This document shows positions 27,483 through 41,017 of a stretch of DNA of 64,000 nucleotides, piece by piece. Made by a program: the position numbers and the translations under genes. The DNA lies in assembly GCA_009914755.4 (NCBI GenBank), contig CP086569.2:6560001-6624000 (forward strand), written 5' to 3'. Below the pieces are notes generated by a model. That model was not told where the DNA came from and did no database searches. It saw only the letters and a program-made list of their open reading frames with translations. How positions within the stretch are numbered: position 1 is the first letter of the stretch; each line of letters begins with the position of its first letter. The stretch comes from the human T2T-CHM13v2.0 reference genome, Homo sapiens.

Positions 27483-27974
27483 CACATTTTTTCATCCATA
27501 TGTAGACACAAATATTTGTGAAACCAGCACCACAATCAAAGAATATTTCTGTCACTCTGCAAAGTTTACTTGTGCCTTTTTATAATGTCGCTCCCCATCT
27601 CTGTACCCCTTTCCCTAGACAGCCATTGTTGGGTGTTCTGTGACTATAGAATAGTTTGCATTTTCTGCACCTTGACGTTACTGAAATTGTACTCATTATT
27701 TTGCCTGGCATCTTTCCCTCAGCATCATGATTTTGGTGCTTCATGTTGTTGCACGTGTCACTAACCCATTCCTCTGTATTACTGGGTAGGATTCCATCCT
27801 TTATGCATGCACCTTGGTTTGTTTATTGTTGGATGTTTGGGTTGTTACCTTGTTTTTTATTGTGACAATTGTGAATAATGCTGCTGTAAATGTTTATGTG
27901 GCTGTCCAGTGGTTCTCAAACTTCATTATGCATCAGAACCACTTGCAGAACTTGTTAAAACACAGAGTACAGTG

Positions 27975-28245
27975 CAGTGCCATGGTTCATGCCTTGAATC
28001 CTGTCAGTTTGGGAGGTTGAAGGTCGATTGCTCAAGACCATCCTTCACAACATAGGGACACCTCAGCTCTAAAAAATCACTGAGTGTGGTGGTGCATGAG
28101 CCTGTAGCCCCAGCTATTTGGAGGCTAAGACAGGAGGCCCTTGAGCCCAGGAGGTTGAGACTACAGTGTGCCATGATTGTGCCACTGCAGTCCTACTGGG
28201 GTGACAGAGCGAGATTCTGTCTCAGAACAAAAAATGAAATAAACA
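27975..28245 (+). repeat. Alu element (older, diverged)
   Basis: gcagtgccatggttcatgccttgaatcctgtcagtttgggaggttgaagg...gtgacagagcgagattctgtctcag. Confidence 0.75.
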
Positions 28246-29616
28246 GAACACCAACTAAAACACTGAATCCCAATTCCCAATCCCAGTTTGTGATTCAGTG
28301 AATGAGGGGCGTGTCTATGACACTGCCTTTCTAAGGAGCTCCCAGTTGACACCCATGGTAATGGTCCAAGGACCGCACCGACTTTGAGGGCTGCTGCCTT
28401 AAAGGAAGTCTTATATAAATTGTGGTAGTTTTTCCTTTGCTGGTTGTTCCAGATATTTCTCTCCTACACTGTTCCAAGAATAACTCAGGGTAGGTGGCTT
28501 GGGTGCTGATGTGTGTGAAACACAAGCCATGACATTCCTCCAAATAGGTGTCAGCCATCGTTGGGCCAAATTGTACCCTCTCTCTGCTGTGGATGCTGGC
28601 AATGGACTTCTGATGGTATGGTCAGGTGATATAGGCTTGTAGTTGTGCCTGGTTACCAGGGCATCTGAGGTGCTGCTCTGCCCCCTGGAACTTTTGGGCC
28701 AAGTATAGCTACTTACTGAGCTTGCCTTTCACAGGCAAACAAAATCCATTTTCTTCATCTCTTTGTCCTGTGAAAAACAAGGAGATCCAAGTCAGTGCAC
28801 CAAAGGAGACAATTTTGCCCTTCAGGCTTCTGATCAAACAAGGCTTGGAGCAGCTAGAATGTTAACCAGAAAATGTGTAATAACCAGTGTGTTTGTTATC
28901 ATTGTTTTGTTGTTCTTTTATTTCGGGGGAAAGATAATACTTTTGGTTCAGAGAGCAGCTTTAAGTTAGCGTGGACCCTTTTTCGCAAAAGCATTTTCTT
29001 GAATTTGATGATAAAGCCCTGCTCTTCCACTTTGCCTTTGAGCTTAATCTGCAGTTACCTCTGGTCACTGCTTCTCATCTTTGCTGTTGACCTCAGTTCT
29101 TTCCTTTCAGGTTCTTCACTTATGAGATGTGGTATGGAACGGATTCCAGGAGGATTCCAGGCTCTGTAAGGAGGCTTATCTTTTTAGGATGGTTAAATTT
29201 TAGATTTGCAGTGACTTGTAATCATTGGTTAATATCCTAGTTTCTTCTTCTCCTTTTTACTGACAGTTTTACGGAGCATACACTCAACACACTTCCCTAA
29301 AGTGTATAATTCAGGAATTTCCTAGTATATTTACAAAGTTGTGTAACAATCACCATCTAATTCTCACACATTTTCATTGCTCCCCAAAGAGACCCTACAC
29401 CCATTAAGACATTACTGCCACTTCCCCTTCTCCTGTGCTCCCTGGTAACCCTGAATCTACTTTCTGCCTTCATCGGTTTACTCCTCTGGACGTTTCACAG
29501 ATACTGTGACCTTTTGTACCTGATTGCTTCACTGCAATTATTCCTGAATTTCATACATGTTGTAGAATTTATGAAATTCTACCTTTGTGGCAGACTTTCT
29601 GTCAAAACCCTGGGTG

Positions 29617-29922
29617 GGCTGGGCACTTTGGCTCATGCCTGTAATCCCAGCACTTTGGGAGGCCGAGTCAGGTTTATCACTTGAAGTCAGAAGTTTGACA
29701 CCAGCCTGGCAAACATGGTGAAACCCTGTTTCTACTAAAAATAGAAAAATTAGCCAGGCATGGTGGCAGACGCCTATAATTTCAGTCTCGGAAGACTGAG
29801 GCAGGAGAATCACTTGAATATGGGTTGTGGAGGTTGCAGTGAGCCAAGATCATGCAGTTGTACTCCAGCCCAGGTGACAGAGTGAGACTCCATTTCATAA
29901 GAAGACACACAAACCAACCAAC
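29617..29922 (+). repeat. Alu element
   Basis: ggctgggcactttggctcatgcctgtaatcccagcactttgggaggccgag... ending in an A/C-rich tail. An 11-bp TSD aaccctgggtg sits at 29604-29614 and 29923-29933. Confidence 0.9.
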
Positions 29923-30965
29923 CAACCCTGGGTGATTAAGGAAGGCAGGATGATATTCTGAGATAAGGCAGCTGGAGACACAGGCTACCCTTCCCTCCAA
30001 TTACATTTAAAATGAAAAATCATTCACAAATGGAACATTGTTCACAAAATTGTTTATAGTTCACCTTCCATTCTAGCATGAACTGTAATTTTCTCCCTTC
30101 CCATTTTCTTTATCTCCTCCACATTTCTCCCACTTTCCTGTACCTAAAGGTCATTGTAGAAAACAATTTTGGTCAGTTAAAACTGGCCCTGCAGGTCTCT
30201 CCTGTGCTGCATCTTTTGGATGGAGTCAGAAGGTCCCTTCTTGGCATGAGAGTTAGGAAGCTTGCATTTCCCAAGGGGCTTGTGTGACATTCCCTCCAGG
30301 GCTGAGGTCATGGGATTCCCAGCAGCAAGAGTTAGGCTGTCTTCTGTGGTCTTCCCAAAGCCACAACCCTGAATGACCCACAAACATAATCATAAGGTTG
30401 TTTACTTTTTTTGAATTTATCAACCTGTTGTCTCTGTATGACCAAAATTACTGTTCCCAGGTTGGATTGGAGAAGCCAGAGGGTGATTTGTTGAAACCAT
30501 TTATGGGACACGACTTTCTGTGGCATCTGTACCTTCAACTCAAGGCTTATTGATAATACTGAAGACCGTTTTACTTTCCTGGTTGACGTTATAATTGATC
30601 ATATTAGTTTCCTGTCACTACTGTGAGAAATTACCACACACTCACTGGCTTTAACACCATTTATTATCTCAAGGTTTGGAAGGCCAGAAGTCTGAAATGA
30701 GTCTTGCTCTGCTAAAATCGAGATTTCAGCAGGGCCATGACATTTCTGGAAGCTCTAGGGGAGAATTGGCATCCTTGCTTTTTCTGGCTCCTGGAGGCTG
30801 GCGATATTCCTGGGCTTGTGGCCCTTTCTTCCATCTGCAGAGGAGCTGCATAGCACCTCTTCAACTCTCTTTCCATAGGCACATATCACTCAGACTGTAG
30901 CTGAGAAGGCTATCCACTTTTATGGGCTCCTGTGATTACATTGGGCCCACCTGGAAGATCCATAA

Positions 30966-31779
30966 TGTAGAGCTTCCTTGGTTCCTTCCAGTGGGTTCTT
31001 GGTCTCGCTGACTTCAAGAATGAAGCCATGTACCCTTGAGGTGAGTGTTAAGTTCTTAAAGATGATGTGTCCAGAGTTTGTTCCTTCAGATGTTCAGATG
31101 TGTCCAGCACTTCTTCCTTCCGGTGGGTTCGTGGTCTTGCTGACTTCAGGAGTGAAGATGCAGACCTTTGCAGAGAGTGTTACAGCTCTTAAAGCTGGCA
31201 CGTCCAGAGTTGTTTGTTCCTCCCTGTGGGTTCTTGGTCTCGCTGACCTCAGTAGTGAAGCTGCAGACCTTTGCTGTGAGTGTTACAGCTCATAAAGGTA
31301 GTGCAGACCCAAAGAGTGAGCAGCAGCAAGATTTACTGTGAAGGGCAGAAGAACAAAGCTGCCACAGCATGGAAGGGGACCCAAGTGGGTTGCCACTGCT
31401 GGCTCTGGTGGCCAGCTTTTATTCCCTGCCAACGTCCCGCTGATTGGTGCATTTTACAGAGTGCTGATTGGTCCGTTTTGCAGAATGCTGATTGGTGTGT
31501 TTTTACAGAGTGCTGATTGGTGCATTTACAAACCTTTAGCTAGACACAGAGCGCTGATTGGTGTGTTTTTACAGAGTGCTGATTGGTGTGTTTACAAACC
31601 TTTAGCTAGACACAGAGCGCTGATTGGTGCATTTTTACAGAGTGCTGATTGGTGTGTTTACAAACCTTTAGCTAGGCCCAGAGCGCTGATTGGGGCGTTT
31701 ACAATCCTCTAGCTAGATAAACAAGTTCTGCAAGTCCCCACCCTACCCAGAAGCCCAGCTGGCGTCACCACTCAATAAT
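30966..31779 (+). mobile_element. Solo LTR12-family LTR, copy 3 (short form)
   Basis: Starts tgtagagc and ends ...cccagctggcgtcaccactca. It has the 5' repeats gggttcttggtctcgctgacttcaagaatgaag... and five tandem gctgattggtg...tttagctagacacagagc U3 units. A 4-bp TSD ATAA sits at 30962-30965 and 31780-31783. Confidence 0.75.
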
Positions 31780-31989
31780 AACTCCCACATCTAAAGATCC
31801 TTAATGTAATCACACCTGTGAAGTCCCTTTTTCCATATAAGGAAATACATTTACATATCCCAGGGTTTGGGACATGGGGATCTTTGGGGGGCCATAATTC
31901 TGCCTATTACTTTGTCAGTCTTCAAGGAGAGACTTACTTCCTTTGCCTGCAAGATTTATAGGTTATTTAACATTTGTTTTTTTTGTCTC

Positions 31990-32262
31990 TTTTTTTTTTT
32001 TCCTTTTTTTTTTTTTTAAGAGGGAGTTTAGGCCTTGTTGCCCAGGTTGGAATTAGTGGCATGCAATCTCGGCTCACTGTAACCTCCACCTCCTGGGTTC
32101 AAGGGATTCTCTTGCCTCAGCCTCCCAAGTAGCTGGGATTATAGGTGTGTACCACCACACCCATCTAATTTTTTGTGTTTTTAGTAGAAATGGGATTTCT
32201 CCACATTGGTCAGTCTGATCTTGAACTCCCAGCCGCTTCAGGTGATCTGCCTGCCTCGGCCT
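31990..32262 (-). repeat. Alu element (3' truncated)
   Basis: Poly-T followed by the reverse-complement Alu, ending ...gcctcggcctcc. TSD tgttttttYgtctct at 31975-31990 and 32267-32281. Confidence 0.85.
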
Positions 32263-32295
32263 CCTGTGTTTTTTTGTCTCTTAATTCAGAAATCT

Positions 32296-32593
32296 GGCTG
32301 GGCGCGGCAGCTCACACCTGTAATCCCAGCACTTTGGAAGGCTAAGGCGGGCAGATCACCAGGTCAGGAAATCGAGACCATCCTGGCTAACATGGTGAAG
32401 CCCCATCTCTACTAAAAATAAAAAAAAAAAAAAAAAAAAAAAGGCGGGCGTGGTGACCCGTGCCTGTAGGCCCACCTATTCATGAGGCCGAGGCAAGAGA
32501 ATGGCATGAACCGGGAAGGCGGAGCTTGCAGTAAGCGGAGATCGCACCACTGCCCTCCAGCTGGAGGACAGACTCCCTTTCAAAAAAAAAAAA
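32296..32593 (+). repeat. Alu element with A-tail
   Basis: tggctgggcgcggcagctcacacctgtaatcccagcactttgg... with an A-rich middle linker and a terminal poly-A. Confidence 0.9.
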
Positions 32594-32667
32594 ATTCATA
32601 ATAATAGTTCAAAAATCCAGTACTGTTGAACCATTTGGTTTGTATGCCTGCTCACTCACTGGGTCTT

Positions 32668-32692
32668 CATTGATTGATTGATTGATTGATAG
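32668..32692. repeat. (GATT)n microsatellite
   Basis: cattgattgattgattgattgatag. Confidence 0.9.
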
Positions 32693-32694
32693 AG

Positions 32695-32827
32695 ACACAC
32701 TTTGGTAGAGTCTCACTTTGTTTTCCAGGCTGGTCTTGAACTCTATGGCTCAAATGATCCTCCCTGCTTGGCCTCCCAAAGCCTCCCAAAGTGCTGGGAT
32801 TACAGGCATGCACCACCATGCCTGCTC
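32695..32827 (-). repeat. Alu monomer fragment
   Basis: gagtctcactttgttttccaggctggtcttgaactc...cctcccaaagtgctgggattacaggcatgcaccaccatgcctg. Confidence 0.65.
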
Positions 32828-33566
32828 TCTGAGTCTTGACTTACCTCTGAGTGAGCCAAGGTTTGCTTTCCATTTTGGAAAGCTCCGAGATTGCTGAGCA
32901 GCTCAGAGACACACTTGTGGGTCTAGGTCCTCATTCCTTTTCAAGTACCTCCTGGTCTGGGTCCTGCCACCCTTGGTTTGGGACTTTATTTGGGACTCTG
33001 CCAGAGCCACTTTTCTGGACTTGGAGTCTCAGAGTCTGTGTCACCTGTGTCAGCTGTGGATAAGGAATGAGACCACCATGATGCAAGGAGAGGTGGCTCA
33101 TGGGGCCTGGCTCCCAGGACTTTTCCTGATGCATGTTTGCATTTCTGGGGCCGGAATCAAGAGCCTCTGGGCTTGTGGCTTCACAGAATGGTGGAAGAAG
33201 ACTGGTGGAGTTAGAGACAGAAGACTCAACCATGATAATCAGCTTGTTAATCAGCATTTTGGTTCAAAAATAATTTGGGAGTGTATTGATCAGGTTTCTG
33301 CCAGGCTAATGTTGCACAACAAATGGCCTCCAAATTCAGAGGCTTAAATTATTTCTTTCTTGCTCACTACTCGGTGTTAAGCTGTGTCTCTCATGGGCTC
33401 ATTTGGGAATAGGAAGGCCTGGTCAGGTTCTGGGCTAGGTTTAAGGTTTAAGGTTTATGTCCTCATTCTGGGATCAGGGGATCCTGGGGCATATTTTTGT
33501 TTGTGCTTCTCCTGTCAGGTATAGGAAGCCAAGATAAATCATGCAGGCAAATTTAAAGCTTCTGTC

Positions 33567-33870
33567 GGCTGGTTGCAGTGGCTCAGCATGTAATCCCAGC
33601 ACTTTGGGAGGCACAGGTGGGCAGATCACCTGAGGTCAGGAGTTCAAGACCAGCCTGACAAACATGGAGAAACCCCGTCTCTACTAAAACTGCAAAAAGT
33701 AGCCGGGTGTGGTGGCAGACACCTGTAGTCCCAGCTATTCTGGAGACTGAGGCAGGAGAATAGCTTGAATCCAGGAGGCTGAGGTTTCAATGAGCGAGAT
33801 TGCGCCACTGCATTCCATTTGGGGCAACAGGAGGGAAACTCCATTTCAAAAAAACAAAACAAAACAAAAC
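33567..33870 (+). repeat. Alu element
   Basis: ggctggttgcagtggctcagcatgtaatcccagcactttgggagg... through a (CAAAA)n tail. Confidence 0.85.
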
Positions 33871-34206
33871 AGCAGTGGTAGCTCAGGTGATTTTTCATGC
33901 TAACCTACTTTAAAAGCTGCCAGAACAATTGTGGAGTGGGAAGTCTCTCATTTCTCCAGTCCTACTCTGACAAGATCTAAGAATAACTTTGAGGAGGTGG
34001 ACATGTGGCCCTTTGATCTCCTTGTCTGGAGTATTTCTTGGTAGGAGCAGAGCTTATGGGAAGATGGTCTTCAGTGAGTGTTGACATTGTGGGTTGGGCA
34101 GTTGGTGTTGTGGGTGGGGCTGATTATCGTAATCTTCCTTCACCATTGAGGGATTTAATCTTCCCTGGTTTCCATTACTTGATGCTCTAAATACTTTTCT
34201 CTCCTT

Positions 34207-34520
<314 letters not shown>

Positions 34521-35164
34521 CGCAGCCTGCCTTCCTTTTAGGTAACCATAAACTGGAATATGTGCATGGAAGAGTTAAAGGAGGCAAATCACACTTGGAG
34601 TCAAGAACCTTGATGCTGGATTTAGCAGCTATTTACCAACCACCTCCTCTTCCAGAATAAGTAGCAGAACTTTGACCCCCGGGGGACTGTGGTGTACTTG
34701 GAAGACACAAGGCAAAGGTGTAAAAAGGGAGCTCTGGACATAGGAATTGAAATGAGGCTAATAGCTGGTGAGATGGCCTGGGACTAGAGGCCAGGGAGAC
34801 TGGAAGAGGAGGAGTTCCTTGACAGGGTGTGCTCCTAAGAGATCCTGAAGAGTGAGCAGAGATTGACAAGAGAGGCAAGAGGAGACCTAGAGTTATCAGG
34901 GCTGCAGAGGTGTCCTTGCAACGTAGAGGCCTTAGTGTTCATGTTGGCTTCCAGGGTAGGGGCGGTGCATTTGCGGCTGGCTGAAGATGGCATAAATGGG
35001 ATAGTGGATAAAAAGATGAGGGTATTGTCAACGCACGTCTCCTTGGAGAGGTTCTCCTTGCAGATAAGGGGAGAAATGGAACAGCACTTGATAGGAAAGC
35101 AGGTGTTGGGGAAAGACTTTTTATACTAGGGGAGACTGGTTGAGTAAAATAGCTTTGAGAGGAC

Positions 35165-35310
35165 CAGGGGCAGTGGCTCATGTCTGTAATCTCAGTGCTT
35201 TGGAACGCTGAGGTTGGTAGGATTGCTTGAGTCCAGTAGGTCAAAGCTGCAGTGAGCTATAATCATTCACTGCTCTCCACCCTGGACAACAGAATGAGAC
35301 ACTGTCTCTT
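35165..35310 (+). repeat. Alu monomer-like fragment (FLAM/FRAM-like)
   Basis: ccaggggcagtggctcatgtctgtaatctcagtgctttggaacgctgagg...gcagtgagctataatcattcactgctctccaccctggacaacagaatgagacactgtctc. Confidence 0.6.
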
Positions 35311-36170
35311 GGGCAGGAGAGGGAAAGAGATTCAAGAGATAAGATAAAGAATGGAAGCACAGGACATAATTTTTGCAGGAGGGAGATTTTTGAGGGTTTA
35401 GCCTTGGAAAAGGAGAGTAGAGACAGATGGGAAGGTCATAAATGTGAAACATTTGGAAGCAGAAGATGATTTATCTTAAAGTTTTGCCTAGAGATGACTA
35501 ATGTGAAGGTCTTGGTGTTCTAAGGGAGAAAGGAAAGACAGAGATGGTGGGTCTACTGGATACAGGAAGCAACCCAGGCTTTCAGATTTTATAGCTGGGG
35601 AGCAGAGTACATGCTTGGGGATGGGGAGGCTGCTGGCCAGGACTGACTTCCTCCTGCCATGACCCCTACCTAGAATTAGAGCAGCCTCATTTAGTGTACT
35701 TGATTCAAGGCCTTTTGTTTAAGAGCTTATTTGCACTCATTACAGTCATTGCTTAATATCTTTGGGGGATTGGTTCCAGGACCTCTTGCGGATACCCAAA
35801 TGCATGCACACTCAAATCCTGCAGTGTACCCTGCAAAACCTGGTGATAGGAAAAGTCAGCACTCTGTATCTGGGGTTTTGCATCCCAAGGATACTGTATT
35901 TTCCTTCCGAATTTGATTGTGAATGGAGAACTGAGCCATAAGGATACCAATGGTATTTATTGAAAGAAAAGTCATGCTGTTTGATTGCTGTTTGAACCAC
36001 AAAAACCAAGCAACCAACCAAAGCCCCCAAAACTAAAGCTTTAAAAACCAATATCTGGAGAATAAACCAAAACCAACTAAAGCATGAAGATGGTCTAACT
36101 CAGAATGCCCAGTAGAACTTTCTACCATATGGAAATATTTTGTATCTGTGTAGCCTCATTGCCACAGCTG

Positions 36171-36345
36171 GCTAAGGGCACAATGGGCCAAGTCATCCTT
36201 ACTAGGCAGTGTCAGCCACACTGGGCCATGTCAGCCACACCAGACCACACTGGGCCACGTCACCCACAGTGGGCCATTCTAGGCTATGCCACTCACATTG
36301 AGTTGTGTCACTCACCCTGCACCATGCTGGGCCACATCACTCACA
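36171..36345. repeat. Degenerate minisatellite (~20-21-bp unit, about 8 copies)
   Basis: Repeated variants of cacactgggccaYgtcaSccaca: ...cagccacactgggccatgtcagccacaccagaccacactgggccacgtcacccacagtgggccattctaggctatgccactcacattgag...gctgggccacatcactcacac. Confidence 0.6.
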
Positions 36346-37234
36346 CTTGACAGGGTCCTGTCTTTTTCCACTCTGGTGCCCCCTTTATCCTCATGCTCAA
36401 GACTCAAAACACCAGTGGCTCAGCAGCCAGTGTGGGGGCAGAAACTTCAGTGAGGCCCCAACTTGTGCCCTTGTGGGGCAGCAAGCACAAACTCCAAACT
36501 CCTTGTTTTGAGCCTCAGACTCAAAGGGTCAAGAGTCTTTATTGGCCCCTTTGTTTTACACCAGGGTCCATAACCTATGTGTGCACCTGACTTTCTTTAG
36601 TCACTGAGGTGACTGAGTGAAGCCACAGAGGTCTCAGAATCACTTTCTAAAACAAATAAAAAATAGAATTGCAAATAATGTTATTAACAGTGCAGTTGTC
36701 AAAATATCAAAAGCAATTTGTTGAATAGTGTTTTTCTTCTTACTGTTAAAATATATGTAATATAAATTGTATTATTTTAACCATTTTTAAGTGTACAGTT
36801 CAGTAACAGTACATTCACAGTGTTGTGCAGCGAACCTCCAGAAGTCCTTCTGTCTTGTAATCCTGAAACTCCATACCTGCTACCTACTCCTTCCCCTACT
36901 TCCCCAGTCTGTGGCACCCACCATTGACTTTGTGTGTCTATGTGCTTCACAACTGTGGGACCTCAGAGAAGTGGAATCCTGCAGTATTTATCTTTTTGTG
37001 ACTGGATTATTTCACTCAGCATAGTGTTCTCCAGGTTCATCAACATGGTAGCATGTCTCAGAATGTCTTTCTTTTTTAATGCTCAGTACTATTCCATTGT
37101 ATGGATAGGTCACTTTATTCCTCTGCGGATGGTTACCTAGGTTGCTTCCACCTTTTGACTGTAATGCATAATGCTTCTGTGAACTTCCCTGCACAAATAT
37201 TTCTTTGAGATTTTGTTATAGTTGTTTAATATGT

Positions 37235-37752
37235 GTGTTTTAAACCTTTTTTCCTTTCATTTTTTTCTTTCCTTACACCCCTTTCTTTTTCCTTTTTTTA
37301 TTTCTCCCTTTCTTTTCCCCTTTCCTTTTTACCCTTTTCTTTCTACTTTCCTTTTTTTCCTTTTCTAAGACCTTTCTTTACCATTTTTCCCTTCCCTCCT
37401 TTTTTTCTCTGCTCTTGTTTTTTTTCCTTTCCTTTTTGTTGCCTTGTCCTTTCCTTTCCTCTCCTCTCTCTTTTGCCCTTCCCTCTCCTCTCTTCTCCTC
37501 CCCTCCCCTCCTTGCCTTTCTTCTCCTCTCTCCTCCACTTTCTTCTCCTCTTCTCTCCCCTTTCCCCTTCCTTTCCCATTCTTCTTCCCTTTCCCCTTCC
37601 GTATTCCATCCCCTCCACTTCACTCTTCTCTTTCCTTTTCTGCCTCCCTACAGCTTTTCCCCCCATCCCTTTGCCACCCGACCATTTGCCCTGCCCTCGT
37701 CCTCCATGCCCTGCTCTTACCTTTTCTTACTTTACCTTTCCTTTTTCCTTTT
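37235..37752 (+). repeat. ~520-bp polypyrimidine (CT-rich) low-complexity tract (polypurine on the minus strand)
   Basis: Almost exclusively C/T on the plus strand (ttcctttcc, ctcctctc, cccttcc variants). It directly abuts the T-rich end of the minus-strand Alu at 37757. Confidence 0.9.
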
Positions 37753-37756
37753 ATAA

Positions 37757-37990
37757 CAGAGTATCTCACTCTCCCAGGCTGCCATGCAGTACCATGATCA
37801 TGTCTCACCGTAACCCTTGTCAGTCTCCCAGGCACAAGCTATCCTCCCAGCTCATTGTCCCAATAGCTTGGACTACAGGCACAAGCCACCCTGCCCAGCT
37901 AATTTTGTATTTTTAATGGAGATGAGGTCTTAGTATGTTGCCCACATGGGTCTTGAACTCCTGGGCTCAAGCAATGCTCTGGCCTTGGAG
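37757..37990 (-). repeat. Alu element (older, diverged)
   Basis: acagagtatctcactctcccaggctgccatgcagtaccatgatcatgtctcaccgtaaccc...ggactacaggcacaagccaccctgcccagctaattttgtatttttaatggagatgaggtc... Confidence 0.7.
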
Positions 37991-38639
37991 CGAATCAGCA
38001 AGACAGGTGGTTTGGCTATTAGAGGACAGTGATGTTCCACAGGTTCCTTGGACCAGGGAGTGGCCCAGGAGGTTGAGATAAGGCATCCAAATTACAGACA
38101 AGTTAGTGGGATTTATTGGGATTCTTGATTTTCCTCAATTGTGAGAAATTCCTCTTTCCACTTACCTTCCATGGAAACCCAGAACACCGTCGGTCCCACT
38201 TAGGCAGTCTTAAGAGTATAGCTGCATTTATTCTCTTTCCAAATCCCATTAGACTTGAGGTCAGAGTCTCACTTTACTTGTTTTCAATATTTAAACCATT
38301 ATACCTAACAGCTGAATGGACTGTATGCTTTTGATCCTGCATTCCTAGGTATCTGGACAAATTTCTCCGTAAGAGAAGTGAACACATAACTCTTGTAATA
38401 GCAAATACTGCAGGAACACTGGGAACCACATATTAAGATGTTATTAGACTTTCCCTGGAGTGTCCAGGTGGTCTATAATTGTTTAATAAGGAGATGTTTT
38501 TGCTGAAACTTATATTGCAAAATTTTGCTTTTCAAAAAGAAATTATCCAAATTTCAATGGAAAAATTGCCTAGTCTCCTAAATGGTGATTTGCATTTGAC
38601 CCTGGACTGTTTAAGGAGGACAAAATAACTCACTTGAGC

Positions 38640-39700
<1,061 letters not shown>

Positions 39701-40716
39701 GTTGCTTTTATTTTCTTTTGAAGTTTAAGTTGTCTGGCCTCAGTTCACAGGGTTTTTTAAAACACAGCTTAGTTTTCAGTGACTCCAAATTTCAAAGAAA
39801 GGAAAAAAGAAGGAAGAAAATTGAAAGTATTATTTTGAACACTTGCAGCTAAGAAAAATTAGAATTTGGTCCAAACTGTAGATAATAATAAAAATTGAAA
39901 AAGTTAGGCAAGACTAGAATTAACAGGTCTACTGTAGTGTTGAAACATAATTTTTCTCTCTCCAGTTTCCCATTTTTGCTAAAGACAAATGATGGGACTG
40001 GTTTGCTTTATTTATTTTTTCAACTAACATTTATTAAAAATTGAAGATTACAGAAAAGCAAAAGATTGGCACCATTAAACAAGCTTAGTTAACTTACCTT
40101 TGATTAATAAATGAAAGTATTTAATAACACTCAAGGAATTTTGAGAATAAGGTCTATTCCAGCTTTAGAAATTAAAAACAAAGCAAAGCAGCTATTCTTT
40201 AAAGGAGAAAGCAACCATCCATCTCCCACTAGTGGTAAAAGATAAAGTTGCTGCTGAAAAGCTGAATTACTCTTCTAGGCATAAAACTGCTCAGACATTT
40301 ATTTTATAGAATTCTAACTTAAGATTCTAAATCAGTATATAAGGGGAATAGCTCTATTTTTGTCAACAAAAATTAGACCTACTTCCCAGTAATAGTATGG
40401 ATTTAAAAAATTAGACATAATTTTCACTTACTATGAATGCTAATCTCTCTAGAAATCTGATCTCTCCAGAAAAAAATATTTTGCCAATGACATTTGGGGT
40501 ATCTGGGGCTTCCAGCAAGTAAAAGTTTATAAAGCCATAACCAAACTGTGAGCAAAAGAAAAGAGAGCAGTTCTTCTCTGTTGGTAAATATTCTGGGATA
40601 GAGCACGAAAGGAGCTGACTCAGAAGAATAAAGTAGTAAGCAGCAGTGAGTGGGGTTTGTAACAACTCAGCGTACATCAAAAGAAACAATATGATATAAT
40701 TATAAGAGTTCTTGGC

Positions 40717-41017
<301 letters not shown>

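Noticed and set aside
31338-31712. 124-aa ORF with an internally repeated peptide (LIGAFLQSADWCVYKPLARHRA x3).
   Set aside because: It is a read-through of the LTR12 U3 tandem repeats. The repetition of the peptide mirrors the DNA repeat.
30953-31810. A 15-bp imperfect direct repeat (aagatccWtaatgta) on both sides of LTR12 copy 3, resembling a long TSD.
   Set aside because: The left copy spans the flank-LTR boundary and includes the LTR's own first bases (tgta). The genuine integrase-type 4-bp TSD ATAA is present immediately adjacent to TG...CA. The longer similarity is therefore coincidental or reflects local sequence context.
37233-37916. 227-aa ORF (plus nested 107-117-aa ORFs on both strands) in the 37.2-37.8 kb region.
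   Set aside because: It is a pure low-complexity translation (F/S/L/P repeats) of the polypyrimidine tract, not a gene.
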